Of a stretch of 64,000 nucleotides of DNA, positions 30,378-40,424 are shown in pieces. The number at the start of each line of letters is the position of its first letter. The first letter of the stretch is position 1. The position numbers were made by a program, and so were the translations under genes. Under the pieces are notes generated by a model. The model saw nothing but the letters and a program-made list of their open reading frames with translations, did no database searches and was not told the DNA's origin. Source of the DNA: Verrucomicrobiota bacterium (lineage in GTDB: Bacteria; Verrucomicrobiota; Verrucomicrobiia; Limisphaerales; AAA164-E04); assembly GCA_047947115.1 (NCBI GenBank), contig CP170459.1, positions 32,001-96,000 of the forward strand, given 5' to 3'.

Positions 30378-33300
30378 TTGAATGTGCCCTCTATCCGTGT
30401 GAGATTCCATGCATTGAGAACTTTCCTACATTCCATCCCTGGCTCTACGACCTATTGGTCTTGGAGGTTGGTACACAGGATAAGCTTCGGTTCTTTGCTG
30501 GCGCTGTTTTTTGGCGTAGTCCAGTCGATCGCGCAGCCCATAGTCATATCCGAGTTTATTGCCTCAAATCAATCGGGATTGACAGATGAAGACGGCGATT
30601 GGAGTGACTGGATGGAGCTCTACAATGCTGGCAATGAACCCGCTTCTATAACGGGTTGGTATTTGACCGACGATGCAACGGACCTGACCAAATGGACTTT
30701 TCCTGACACCACTCTTCCAGGTCGATCGACCCTGATTGTATTTGCTTCAGGCAAAGATCGATCAGAGGCCGGCTCCGAACTTCACACCAATTTTCGTTTG
30801 AACAGAGACGGGGGCTATCTCGGACTGATCCAAGCCGATGGCAGAACCGTTTCACATGCTTACGAACCGGAGTATCCGCCACAATTTCGCGAAATTTCCT
30901 ATGGCATCCGCATGCAATTCGAAACGACGGCTTTTGTTCCGATCCAGGCGAGAGGCAAACTGCTTTTTCCTAAGAACAACGCCTTGGGGATGTCATGGAC
31001 CTTGCCCGACTTCAACGATACGCAATGGCTCGATGTTACACTTGGCATTGGCTACCAGCAGGAAGTTTCCGACGGCGCCCCCGGTTCCCCCACCGAACTG
31101 AACACGCCACCGGGAAATGCGTCCTCACGAACCGATGTGACGCAGCCCGGTGATTCGATTGAGCCCAGCTCCTTTCTATCCCCGTCGAGTGAAGGTGTGA
31201 TCAACGCGATCGACAACAACAAGGACACGAAGTATCTGAACTTCGACAAACTCAACGCCGGTTTCACCGTCAAGATGGCGAGCGGAGCCGCTGCCGTCAC
31301 CGGATTACGCCTAACCTCAGCAAACGATGCTCCGGATAGGGATCCGAGCGAGTTTATCCTTTCGGGCTCCAACAACGGTGCCGCTTTTCGTCAGATCGCG
31401 ACCGGCTCGATCCCGGAATTTTCAAACCGATTTGAAACAGTCGAGATCAATTTTGAAAACGAAACAGCCTATGCTTACTACCGGCTACTGTTCCCAAATG
31501 TTCGCAATGCAACCGTCGCAGTGGCGATGCAAATTGCCGAAGTGGAATTTTTATCGTCGAATGACGGCACCCCCTCAATCACCCCGGGCGAAATCGACCT
31601 GTCAAAGCTTCAGGATATTTCCGGACCAGAGGACAGTATTAACCCGACGACGTTTAATTCCCCAACCAACGAAGAGGTATGGCGGGCGATTGACAATGAC
31701 TCCGGCACAAAATACCTGAACTTTGATGGACCGGGTTCGGGATTCATTTTACAACCAGCAGTCGGCTCAACAATCCTCAATGGACTTCGATTCACCTCCG
31801 CCAACGACGCACCCGGCAGAGACCCCGCTTCCTACAGACTTGAGGGGCTTTCGGACGACAATACGTTCGAATTGATTGCCATGGGAACCATGCCGCCGTT
31901 TGAAGACAGGTTTACGGAGGTCGAAGTATCCTTCGTTAATGACAAGGCTTATGAAACTTACCGCCTTCTCTTCCCTACACTGCAGGGCGGAAACAGTCAG
32001 CTCATGCAAATCGCTGAAGTCGAATTTCTGGGAAGAACAGGAATAAGCAAACCCGATATCCGAACACTCATTCAAACCGATCTGGATGGCACCATGTTCG
32101 GCAAACATACTTCGATTTACTTACGACTCCCGTTTGCCGTCGGGCCCGAAACCGATCTCCAAGGCCTCTCCATGCCCATTCGATACAATGACGGTTTCAT
32201 CGCCTACCTGAATGGCGTGGAGGTGGCGCGCGGCAATGCTCCTTCGAATCCTGAATTTGATTCAGTGGCAACCAAAGGCCTGGGCACGGAATTTGTAGTG
32301 GCAGAAGAACAGGTGGACCTTCGAGGATTTGCCCATCTGCTAAACACGGGGTCGAATGTGCTGGCCATCCATGCGTTGAACGAAAACCGATCCAGTCCAG
32401 ACTTTCTGTTGGATGTTCAATTGGTCAATACCACCACCACTTTAAACCTGTCACAGTCAGGTTACTTCGAACACCCATCTCCCAGAGAAACCAATCCCGA
32501 AGAACAATTCATCGGGCAATTGATGGCACCGGTCATCTCCCCGGAGAGCGGATTCAGGGAAGGCGCATTGGAGGTCAGCATCCAATCCAATATGACAGAC
32601 GCCCGGATATACTATTCACTGGATGGTAGCGAACCCGACGAGCAAACAGGCATGGAATACAGCAGTCCGATTCGCGTGAGCAAAACCACTGTGTTGCGTG
32701 CTGTAGCCACACTTGAAGGGTGGAAAAACTCGGCCGTTTCCACCCGTTCGTATCTGTTCACTGCAGACATCGCAGGTCAACAGGACATGTCGGGATTGGA
32801 CACAACGTTTCCGGATCGCTGGGGATCACAACCCGCCGATTACGGCCTGGATCCCCGCGTGGTGAATCCGGATGGCAGGGACAGCTATGGGGGACGTTAC
32901 ACACGAACGATTCAGGATGACTTGAAATCCATCCCCTCCATTTCGCTGGTGTTGGATTCCGATGATTTGTTCGGTCCCAAAGGAATCTATGCAAACCCCA
33001 CAGCCCGAGGTGATGCGTGGGACAACTGGGAACGTCCGGTGTCAGTTGAATTGATCTATCCGGATGAACGGGATGGTTTCCAGGAAAACGCTGGCATAAA
33101 AATCCAGGGCGGTGCGTTTCGGCGATTTGATCTCTCAATGAAAAAGTCACTTCGTCTAGTATTTCGTGAGCAATATGGAGTAACAAAATTGAATTTCCCA
33201 TTATTTGGCCCCGATGCGACCGACGCCTTTGATACCGTCGTTCTCAGAGCCAACGGTAATGATGCATGGAAGTATGCAGGCTCTCATGCGCTCTATATCC

Positions 33301-35756
33301 GCGACGCCTTTGCAATGGAGACCGCCCGCGCCATGGGAATGGTCTCGTCCCATACGACATTCGTTCACCTCTACCTGAACGGAGCCTACTGGGGGCTCTA
33401 CAATCTGGCCGAACGCCCCGACGCCTCCTTCTCCTCCAGTTACCATGGTGGGGACAAGGATGACTGGGATGCATTGAACCAGGATTCGGTCCCCGATGGC
33501 ACCCGCGAAGCATGGGACCGCATGCTCGCCATGCTCAATGAAGGCATCGATCAAAACGCCGTCTATCAAAAGATTCAGGGCAAGAATCCCGATGGAATCC
33601 GGGATCCGGCAATTGAAAACCTGCTGGATATAGAAAACCTCATTGATTACTGCCTTCTGAACTTTTACATCGGCAATCAGGATTGGCCGGGTCGTAATTA
33701 TTGGGTGGGACGTGATCGTAAAGGTGGCGAAGGTTTCCAGTTTTATCCATGGGATTCGGAAACCGCCATGGGCCTGGGATCCGGTCTCAATGCCAACCAA
33801 ACCGGTGTCAACACCGCCGTGGCCCGACCTTACGGAGCGCTGAGGGCCAATGCGGATTTCCGACGTTGGTTCGGAGATCGCGCCCAGCGCCACTTCTCTA
33901 CGGGAGGCGCTTTGTATGTCAACCCAGCCAAACCACAATGGTCCCGAGCCGAACCCGAAAACAACCGCCCTGCCGCACGATTCGCACAACTGGCGGACTT
34001 CATTGACAGCGCCATCGTCGGAGAAACCGCCCGCTGGGGAGATCAGTTGAATAGCAGCCCCTTCACCCGCGACGAACATTGGCGCAGGGAAAAGGATGAA
34101 CTTTTAACCAATTACTTCCCCCGACGATCCGCCATTGTCATCGAGCAACTGAGACGAGCTGGTCTCTATCCTCAAATCAATGCACCGGTTTTCAACCTCC
34201 AGGAAGGAAGGCTCGATCTCGGAACCAGCCTGACGATGAGCGCCGACCATGGCACGATCTACTACACATTGGACGGCTCCGATCCGCGCACCGACATAAC
34301 CGTCAGCACGGTCAAACCGTCCACCATGGTTGATGCCAGCACTCAACGCCGTGTTCTGATCCCAAGTCCAGAGAATGGCGGAAATGCATTGGGCACCGGA
34401 TGGCGACAGGAACGAGATTTCCCAGATGCAACCTGGACGAGTGGTACCGGAGCTGTAGGCTATGACACCGGCAACGGATATCAGGACCTCATCAACATGG
34501 ATGTACAGACAGCAATGGCGGGACAAAACGGTTCGGTCTTCATCCGCATACCTTTTGACGCTGCGCCGGATGCTATCGCGGACTTGAACTTCATGATACT
34601 GAGGATGCGCTATGATGACGGATTCGCCGCCTTTCTGAACGGAGTGCAGATAGCCTCGGCCAATACTCCCGGTGACCTGCCATGGAATGCCACAGCTACC
34701 GGAGCCAACGACGATGCCGCCGCCGTTTTCTGGCAGGAATTTGAAGCTAGCGCGTACCTCGAACATCTGCGCCCCGGAATCAATCTGCTGGCCATACAGG
34801 GACTCAACGTTTCATTGGACAGCTCCGATTTCCTGATCGATGTGGAATTGATGGTCGGAAAACGAAACATCACCGGGAAGCTCCCGACATCGAACCGTTA
34901 TGATTCCCCCATCCCGCTGCAGGATTTGACCACCGTCAAAGCCAGCGCACTGTCCGGATCCGAATGGAGCGCCTTGACCGAAGCCACCTATATTGTGGGC
35001 GAACCCCGCTTGCAGGTCAGCGAACTTCACTATCACCCGGCTGATTCCACCCCGGAGGAACTGGCCACCGGTTTTGATGATGCGGATGCATTTGAATTCA
35101 TCGAACTCTACAACCCGGGAACGGCAACCTTCCTACTGGACGGCGTGCGGTTTGTCGACGGCGTAACATTCGACTTCACCCACTCAATGATCACGCGACT
35201 GGCACCAGGTGCGACGGTGCTGGTTGTCAAAAACCTTGCTGCTTTTGAGATGCGATACGGACCTGGACTGCCTGTTGCGGGCGAATTCACCGGCAATTTT
35301 TCAAACAGTGGAGAAAGCGTCACCATCGTGGATGCGGAAGATCGAACACTGATCGCCTTTTCATACGACGATGATGCCCCTGAACTTAAAAACGCCGATG
35401 GTTCAGGCCCCTCCCTGATTGCCGTGGATACAGGCAATGGTCCCGCGCAGGAATTCTACTGGAAAACAAGCACCCAGACCGGAGGCTCCCCCGGCAAACG
35501 CACCGAAGGGCAAACAAACTCGGTGCTGAAGCTGAACATGATGATGGAAGGGGAAAAGGTGTTTATTGAGTGCCTGGTTCCTGATAAAGAAGACTATGGT
35601 CTTTACAGCACCCAGGATCTTGGTAATCCGCTATGGAATCTTGTACTGACGAAGAACACAGTCGAACCGAATGGCAAACTCGCATTTGAAATCCCGGTCT
35701 TGAAGGAAATCCCTACACGGTTCTTTCAAATCCGGAAACTATCCGATGTCCCATGA
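30378..35756 (+). CDS. Large secreted lamin-tail / CotH kinase-like / chitobiase-C protein with tandem discoidin-like domains
   Basis: ISEFIASN..DWMELYN (LTD), YYSLDGSEP, CotH motifs (KKSLRL, YWGLYNLAER, NQDW, WDSE), second LTD SELHYHP..EFIELYN; true start uncertain. Confidence 0.85.
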   Translation: MNVPSIRVRFHALRTFLHSIPGSTTYWSWRLVHRISFGSLLALFFGVVQSIAQPIVISEFIASNQSGLTDEDGDWSDWMELYNAGNEPASITGWYLTDDATDLTKWTFPDTTLPGRSTLIVFASGKDRSEAGSELHTNFRLNRDGGYLGLIQADGRTVSHAYEPEYPPQFREISYGIRMQFETTAFVPIQARGKLLFPKNNALGMSWTLPDFNDTQWLDVTLGIGYQQEVSDGAPGSPTELNTPPGNASSRTDVTQPGDSIEPSSFLSPSSEGVINAIDNNKDTKYLNFDKLNAGFTVKMASGAAAVTGLRLTSANDAPDRDPSEFILSGSNNGAAFRQIATGSIPEFSNRFETVEINFENETAYAYYRLLFPNVRNATVAVAMQIAEVEFLSSNDGTPSITPGEIDLSKLQDISGPEDSINPTTFNSPTNEEVWRAIDNDSGTKYLNFDGPGSGFILQPAVGSTILNGLRFTSANDAPGRDPASYRLEGLSDDNTFELIAMGTMPPFEDRFTEVEVSFVNDKAYETYRLLFPTLQGGNSQLMQIAEVEFLGRTGISKPDIRTLIQTDLDGTMFGKHTSIYLRLPFAVGPETDLQGLSMPIRYNDGFIAYLNGVEVARGNAPSNPEFDSVATKGLGTEFVVAEEQVDLRGFAHLLNTGSNVLAIHALNENRSSPDFLLDVQLVNTTTTLNLSQSGYFEHPSPRETNPEEQFIGQLMAPVISPESGFREGALEVSIQSNMTDARIYYSLDGSEPDEQTGMEYSSPIRVSKTTVLRAVATLEGWKNSAVSTRSYLFTADIAGQQDMSGLDTTFPDRWGSQPADYGLDPRVVNPDGRDSYGGRYTRTIQDDLKSIPSISLVLDSDDLFGPKGIYANPTARGDAWDNWERPVSVELIYPDERDGFQENAGIKIQGGAFRRFDLSMKKSLRLVFREQYGVTKLNFPLFGPDATDAFDTVVLRANGNDAWKYAGSHALYIRDAFAMETARAMGMVSSHTTFVHLYLNGAYWGLYNLAERPDASFSSSYHGGDKDDWDALNQDSVPDGTREAWDRMLAMLNEGIDQNAVYQKIQGKNPDGIRDPAIENLLDIENLIDYCLLNFYIGNQDWPGRNYWVGRDRKGGEGFQFYPWDSETAMGLGSGLNANQTGVNTAVARPYGALRANADFRRWFGDRAQRHFSTGGALYVNPAKPQWSRAEPENNRPAARFAQLADFIDSAIVGETARWGDQLNSSPFTRDEHWRREKDELLTNYFPRRSAIVIEQLRRAGLYPQINAPVFNLQEGRLDLGTSLTMSADHGTIYYTLDGSDPRTDITVSTVKPSTMVDASTQRRVLIPSPENGGNALGTGWRQERDFPDATWTSGTGAVGYDTGNGYQDLINMDVQTAMAGQNGSVFIRIPFDAAPDAIADLNFMILRMRYDDGFAAFLNGVQIASANTPGDLPWNATATGANDDAAAVFWQEFEASAYLEHLRPGINLLAIQGLNVSLDSSDFLIDVELMVGKRNITGKLPTSNRYDSPIPLQDLTTVKASALSGSEWSALTEATYIVGEPRLQVSELHYHPADSTPEELATGFDDADAFEFIELYNPGTATFLLDGVRFVDGVTFDFTHSMITRLAPGATVLVVKNLAAFEMRYGPGLPVAGEFTGNFSNSGESVTIVDAEDRTLIAFSYDDDAPELKNADGSGPSLIAVDTGNGPAQEFYWKTSTQTGGSPGKRTEGQTNSVLKLNMMMEGEKVFIECLVPDKEDYGLYSTQDLGNPLWNLVLTKNTVEPNGKLAFEIPVLKEIPTRFFQIRKLSDVP

Positions 35757-35825
35757 CATGGACTGTTTGAACTGATGTATCAGCACTATGCATCCACCTG
35801 GCGCTAGGAGGAGGGAAGAAAAATC

Positions 35826-37357
35826 GCCTCTTCTTCAGAATCTGTGGGTAAATTTAGGTTCGGGTAGTTCACCCATTGTGTGAAAAAGGGCTATTTTAAG
35901 CACTTCAAAGCTACGATAGCCGTAGGCTTTTCTGGTAGTCAGATTTATTTTGCGGTTCAAACCCTCAACAACTCCCGACGAAATAGTCTTTTTGGCCCTG
36001 AACCAATTCAGGATCAGCGGCTGATGTTTTCGTAGGCTGCTGGCAAATTTCTTGATGGGTTCCAGACGTGAGCGCATAGCTCTGGTGCACCACTTGTTCA
36101 AATACCACTCAGCCCAATATGGGCTAGTGTAATTCCAAAAGAACTCAAATGCTTCTTTGAGCAAAAATGCCCGAACACTTTTCAGATCATACTGGAGGAC
36201 TTCCTCCAGCTTAATCTTTTGATTGGGCGTGAGGTTCTCACGACGTTTGAGAAAGCAGTATTTGGTGTGTTTAAGCACTTCCTGGTATCCGTCCTGACGC
36301 ATCTTACGCGCTTCGACCGCCCTGACTTCATTGATTGCTTTGTTCAGATTGGCTACGATATGGAAGCGATCCAACACGTGGAGGGCGTGTTCGAGTTTTT
36401 CCTTAATCACATTGAGATAAGGTTTCCACATGTCCGAACAAACAAATTGAATGGACTCAAGTTGCTTTTGAGTGAGGATCTTAAAAAAATCCCGAAGGGA
36501 TTGCTCGGTTCTCTCCTTGGTGACGCTTAACAATCGGCGCGTGCCTTGATCTATCTGGTAAACCACCGTCAGATACTTTTGCCCCTTTCCAAAATGCACC
36601 TCATCAACTCCGATGGCATTAATATCGTCCAAACTCCTGTGCTTCAAGCCGTATTCAACAATGGAAGCAACGGACCGATACACCGATTGCCAACTGACTT
36701 CAAAGGTCTGGGCAACTTCTTTCCATGAAAGTTTCCGAGCCCACTGTGCAAGGAAGTGTTCCATGACACAGGTTATCCGGCTTTTTCCTTTGGCCCAAGG
36801 AACCGATTCGATGACAACACCGTCATTGGGGCAGTTAACTCTTCGCATCCGGTATTCAAGAAACACCGGCCACCCCCATAAGGGGATGAATCGAAACTTT
36901 CGTTTTCCAGGACGATGGTCATAGGTGGAAGCACTACGATTGCACTTTGAACATACTGGGCGGCTGTTTTGCCGTGGTTCAACGCTTACGACAATAGCTT
37001 CGACTCCTTCAACTTCCTGGAAGCATGCTTGGCGATAGACAAAGGATTTGAATTTATGGCAACGATTGAGCAAGGTTTTCAACAGCATCGGCACTCTTTG
37101 ACGAGGTTTGTTTTGGCGACGCCATGTTGAGGAGATTGCCGATGCTTTTCGAATAAAAATCCTCTGGGTTTTTCTTGGAGAAAAACCACACCACCCGTAG
37201 GCCCTCTCGCGTCGTGGAAGTCCAGGAAAACATCATATAAGTGCCGAAGGCCGACTCCGCGTCAGCGGGGGAGTTATGCTGATGTTTTACTGGACTGGAA
37301 CAGAGCGATAGGGCATCCCGACGTGCTCAATTTACCCACTCTTTTTTGAGAAGACCC
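35826..37357 (-). mobile_element. Complete ISL3-family insertion sequence, 1532 bp
   Basis: Imperfect 29-bp TIRs (35826-35854 and 37329-37357, 21/29 match) flanked by an 8-bp direct repeat GAAAAATC (35818-35825 and 37358-37365). Confidence 0.93.
35835..37094 (-). CDS. ISL3-family DDE transposase
   Basis: Zn-finger CSKC..CPND, IGVDE, SDMW, LDRFH, SSGVVEGLN..I..RKAYGYR; GTG start. Confidence 0.95.
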   Translation of the reverse strand: MPMLLKTLLNRCHKFKSFVYRQACFQEVEGVEAIVVSVEPRQNSRPVCSKCNRSASTYDHRPGKRKFRFIPLWGWPVFLEYRMRRVNCPNDGVVIESVPWAKGKSRITCVMEHFLAQWARKLSWKEVAQTFEVSWQSVYRSVASIVEYGLKHRSLDDINAIGVDEVHFGKGQKYLTVVYQIDQGTRRLLSVTKERTEQSLRDFFKILTQKQLESIQFVCSDMWKPYLNVIKEKLEHALHVLDRFHIVANLNKAINEVRAVEARKMRQDGYQEVLKHTKYCFLKRRENLTPNQKIKLEEVLQYDLKSVRAFLLKEAFEFFWNYTSPYWAEWYLNKWCTRAMRSRLEPIKKFASSLRKHQPLILNWFRAKKTISSGVVEGLNRKINLTTRKAYGYRSFEVLKIALFHTMGELPEPKFTHRF

Positions 37358-37392
37358 GAAAAATCTTAGTATTAGGAATGCAGTCCAAATAA

Positions 37393-37695
37393 CTACCCGG
37401 CAACTACTTCTTTTTCGATTTGGGAACCTTTGAGTCTTTGGGTTTTGTCCAAATCGTAAGCCAGTTGTAATCGCATCCAGAAACCATTGGTCGTGCCAAA
37501 ATATCGACTCAACCGAAGATCATATTCCGGAGTACAGCGCCTGCTACCCTTTTTCATACCCGAGAGATGAGGTAATGGTATGCCTGTGGCGTTTGCAACT
37601 TCGGTCATGGTCGCTGACCATTCCTCCAACGTCTCTTCCAGAGTAGAGGCAAAAAAGTTGTCAAGCGGTAACAAGGTTGTCTTTTTCATCTTCAT
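37393..37695 (-). CDS. higA: HigA-family antitoxin (XRE HTH)
   Basis: HTH followed by LRLSRYFGTT..FWMRLQ..YDL; ATG coupled to the toxin stop (TGATG). Confidence 0.85.
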   Translation of the reverse strand: MKMKKTTLLPLDNFFASTLEETLEEWSATMTEVANATGIPLPHLSGMKKGSRRCTPEYDLRLSRYFGTTNGFWMRLQLAYDLDKTQRLKGSQIEKEVVAG

Positions 37696-37976
37696 CAATG
37701 GTAATCTATCAACTTCACATCATCAGGATTTCCATCATCCCAAAGAAAAATTATTCTCCATTGCTTGTTTACCCTAATGCTCCAATACCCCTGCAAATCC
37801 CCCTTTAATCGCTCCAATCTATTACTTGGCGGGATCTTCAAATCATTCAAAGCACTGGAGTTGTCCAATTGCACCAATTTCCTTCTCGCTCGGACTTGGA
37901 TATCCGAAGCAAACGATCTACTCCTCATACCATGAAAAATCTTTTTTGTCTCATTACATCCAAAGGAAATGATCAC
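37695..37976 (-). CDS. higB: HigB (RelE/ParE superfamily) toxin
   Basis: IISF, DLKIPPSNRLERLKG, WSIRVNKQWRIIF, C-terminal DYH; GTG start at 37976; toxin-first gene order. Confidence 0.92.
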   Translation of the reverse strand: MIISFGCNETKKIFHGMRSRSFASDIQVRARRKLVQLDNSSALNDLKIPPSNRLERLKGDLQGYWSIRVNKQWRIIFLWDDGNPDDVKLIDYH

Positions 37977-37983
37977 AACAGCG

Positions 37984-38011
37984 AAGTTACCAAATAAGGT
38001 AAACATGTCAA
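37984..38011 (-). promoter_or_regulatory. higBA promoter with overlapping palindromic operator
   Basis: TTGACA-N16-TAACTT on the minus strand; inverted repeat TTACC-N6-GGTAA at 37987-38002. Confidence 0.7.
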
Positions 38012-38263
38012 ATAATCAATAACGGCTATATCGCTGGGCGCTGGGGAATCATGCTTGAGGTGAAATCCATTCTGAAACAATTCAAACTCTCGGAAACCAA
38101 CCAGGGAGCATAAAAAGTAACACTCAAATGAACACATCCTTCTGCCTCGGTTCTTTCGCATCAGACCCCCTAATTTAACATAAAGCTGATTAGCATTTAA
38201 ATGGCGACCGGCTTGAAAGATTGACTCATTTTGGCAATCGGAATAATGATTTAAATCACAAGA

Positions 38264-38527
38264 ATGACGAACGAATATATAGAAATCGACCTAAGCAATG
38301 GAGAAAAAGAGGCCATTCTGGAACATGCCTCATTCTTCGTCACGGACGACATCACAAAAGCTGATCTATCGGACAAAAGAAAAAAATGGATCAGGTTTGA
38401 ACCCTACGCCATCTCACAAATAATCGGAGAACTGTCTTACGTTTTCAACCGTTGCACTGATAACTACAAGTTTGACTTGCTGGATCAGTTGATCAGCCAT
38501 TTGGAAAATTATGAACAAAACCGGTGA
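38264..38527 (+). CDS. Small acidic hypothetical protein
   Basis: 87-aa ATG ORF with protein-like composition in an AT-rich context. Confidence 0.65.
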   Translation: MTNEYIEIDLSNGEKEAILEHASFFVTDDITKADLSDKRKKWIRFEPYAISQIIGELSYVFNRCTDNYKFDLLDQLISHLENYEQNR

Positions 38528-38574
38528 TTTAAAGGATTTCATTTCGAATAGAAATTCCAAATGTCAAATCTGAC

Positions 38575-39066
38575 ATGGCTTCGCTTATGAAGAAGAGAAC
38601 ACTTGGCAGAAATTTATGTTTGGTTGGATGCTTGCTGATATGGATGCATCCTGTCATTGCACATTGCGAAACCAAAGAGTTCCCCCTGACTACAGGCCGT
38701 CTCTTCATCCCAAACACCGGGACCATTCGACCTCAAGCACCTGACCTGATCCTTCACTTGCATGGGGCTCCAGGGACGGTCGAAAAGAACATACGGCGGT
38801 CTCACCCCGATGCCATCCACGTGAACATCACGCTTCCGGGATTGTCCAGTGTTTATAAAAAACATTTCCAGGATCCAAGCGTGTTTCCTTCACTTTTGGA
38901 GGAAACCAAAGTCATTCTCAGCAAAGATCTCCTTAAAAATCTGGGAGGATTCGCCATGGGACAATCTTCTTCTGAACCTGACATCGCAACGAAGAATGAA
39001 TCCTCCGATGCGGGAGAGGGCACACGTTCGGAGGCAGCTGGCAAAGGGACGAATACCAATAACTGA
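38575..39066 (+). pseudogene. Probably truncated secreted protein (alpha/beta-hydrolase-like N-terminus)
   Basis: Signal peptide, GRLFIP, LILHLHGA, GLSSVY; ends in a low-complexity tail. Confidence 0.45.
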
Positions 39067-39113
39067 TTACCATTACCGGATCATTCACTTGGCATCTCGT
39101 AAATCACAGAGGC

Positions 39114-39141
39114 CGCCGCCCGCAAAAAAAAGCGGGCGGCG
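39114..39141. terminator. GC-rich hairpin (terminator or repeat remnant)
   Basis: CGCCGCCCGC-A8-GCGGGCGGCG perfect 10-bp stem. Confidence 0.55.
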
Positions 39142-39371
39142 ATTAATTTGTCCAGATGCCCCCAAGAAAGAATTTTCGTTCCATATCAAAATGGGAAATA
39201 AACTCACCCTCATTTGAACCACGGGAGATTATCTCACTATGATTGCTGGGTTGATAACGTGCACCATCTTGAGCAAGTGAAGGACAATTTCATACAACAA
39301 AGTATGACAATCACTGCCATGTTCATCTTGATGATGGAAGATGTCGCGAAGGGAGTGAATGCCATTAGAGA

Positions 39372-40343
39372 TTGATCACCCATAAGCTATCCTATAGAAG
39401 TATGATTCATACCATGACACGAATTACGCGTATCCTATTAGCCATTTTTGTTGGATCACTCACTATGCAGTCACAGGATTTCAAGCCGGTGAAACATATG
39501 ATCGACACCCATATTCACTTTTACGATACCACTCGAGACGTTGAGATGGCCTGGCCCCCTCAAGACGACGAAATACTCTATAAGCCTCATTTACCAGTGG
39601 AGTATTCCAATCTGGCAAAAGCATCGGGGGTTAGCGGAGTTGTCATCGTGGAGGCAAGCGATCATCTTGAGGATAACAAGTGGGTGCTGGACCTGATCGC
39701 AGGTGACGATTTCTACATGGGGCTTGTCGGAAACATTGATGTTTATCGCAATGATTTTGAGGAACAATTGGTAAAGTTGAAGCAGGACAAACGATTGGTT
39801 GGACTGCGTCCGCGGGGCCCAAAGCCAGTCAACTTTTCCGACGAAATCGTAATGAAGAACCTAAGCACTTTGGCAACACACGACTTAACGATGGATTATC
39901 TGACAAATGGCGGTGGCATCCCGGGAATTGACACCATCGATGCCGTGGCGCGCGCCGTACCATCGCTGCGCATCGTGGTCAACCACTGTATGGGATACAA
40001 CTTTGACGGAAACCCACCGCCGCAAGACTGGACAACAGCGGTGCAACGACTCGCAAAGAACAAAAACGTCACCTGCAAAATTTCAGGACTCTACCAGCGC
40101 TCCGTCCCACAACCGGCGCCCCAGTCAATAGACCACTACCGGAGTGTCCTGGAAGTATTGTGGGAAAACTTTGGCAAAGAACGCCTGATTTATGGGAGCA
40201 ACTGGCCGGTCACCAAACACACCGGCACTTATCAAAGTTTTGTCGAGTTGGTGGATACGTTTATCTCGGAAAAAGGTCAAGATGCACGGGAACACTATTA
40301 CTGGAAAAACGCAGCGACCGCATACCGCCTCCCTTTACACTGA
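39372..40343 (+). CDS. Amidohydrolase-2 family protein (sugar lactonase-like, L-fuconolactonase type)
   Basis: IDTHIHF, GVVIVEA, IVVNH, CKISGL, YGSNWPV; start likely 39402 or 39414. Confidence 0.85.
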   Translation: MITHKLSYRSMIHTMTRITRILLAIFVGSLTMQSQDFKPVKHMIDTHIHFYDTTRDVEMAWPPQDDEILYKPHLPVEYSNLAKASGVSGVVIVEASDHLEDNKWVLDLIAGDDFYMGLVGNIDVYRNDFEEQLVKLKQDKRLVGLRPRGPKPVNFSDEIVMKNLSTLATHDLTMDYLTNGGGIPGIDTIDAVARAVPSLRIVVNHCMGYNFDGNPPPQDWTTAVQRLAKNKNVTCKISGLYQRSVPQPAPQSIDHYRSVLEVLWENFGKERLIYGSNWPVTKHTGTYQSFVELVDTFISEKGQDAREHYYWKNAATAYRLPLH

Positions 40344-40424
40344 CAAAATCAAACCAGAGCTCACACACTACTCAAGCAAATCTCTTTACTTTGCTCGAGG
40401 TTTACCGACCAACATCCGAATGCC

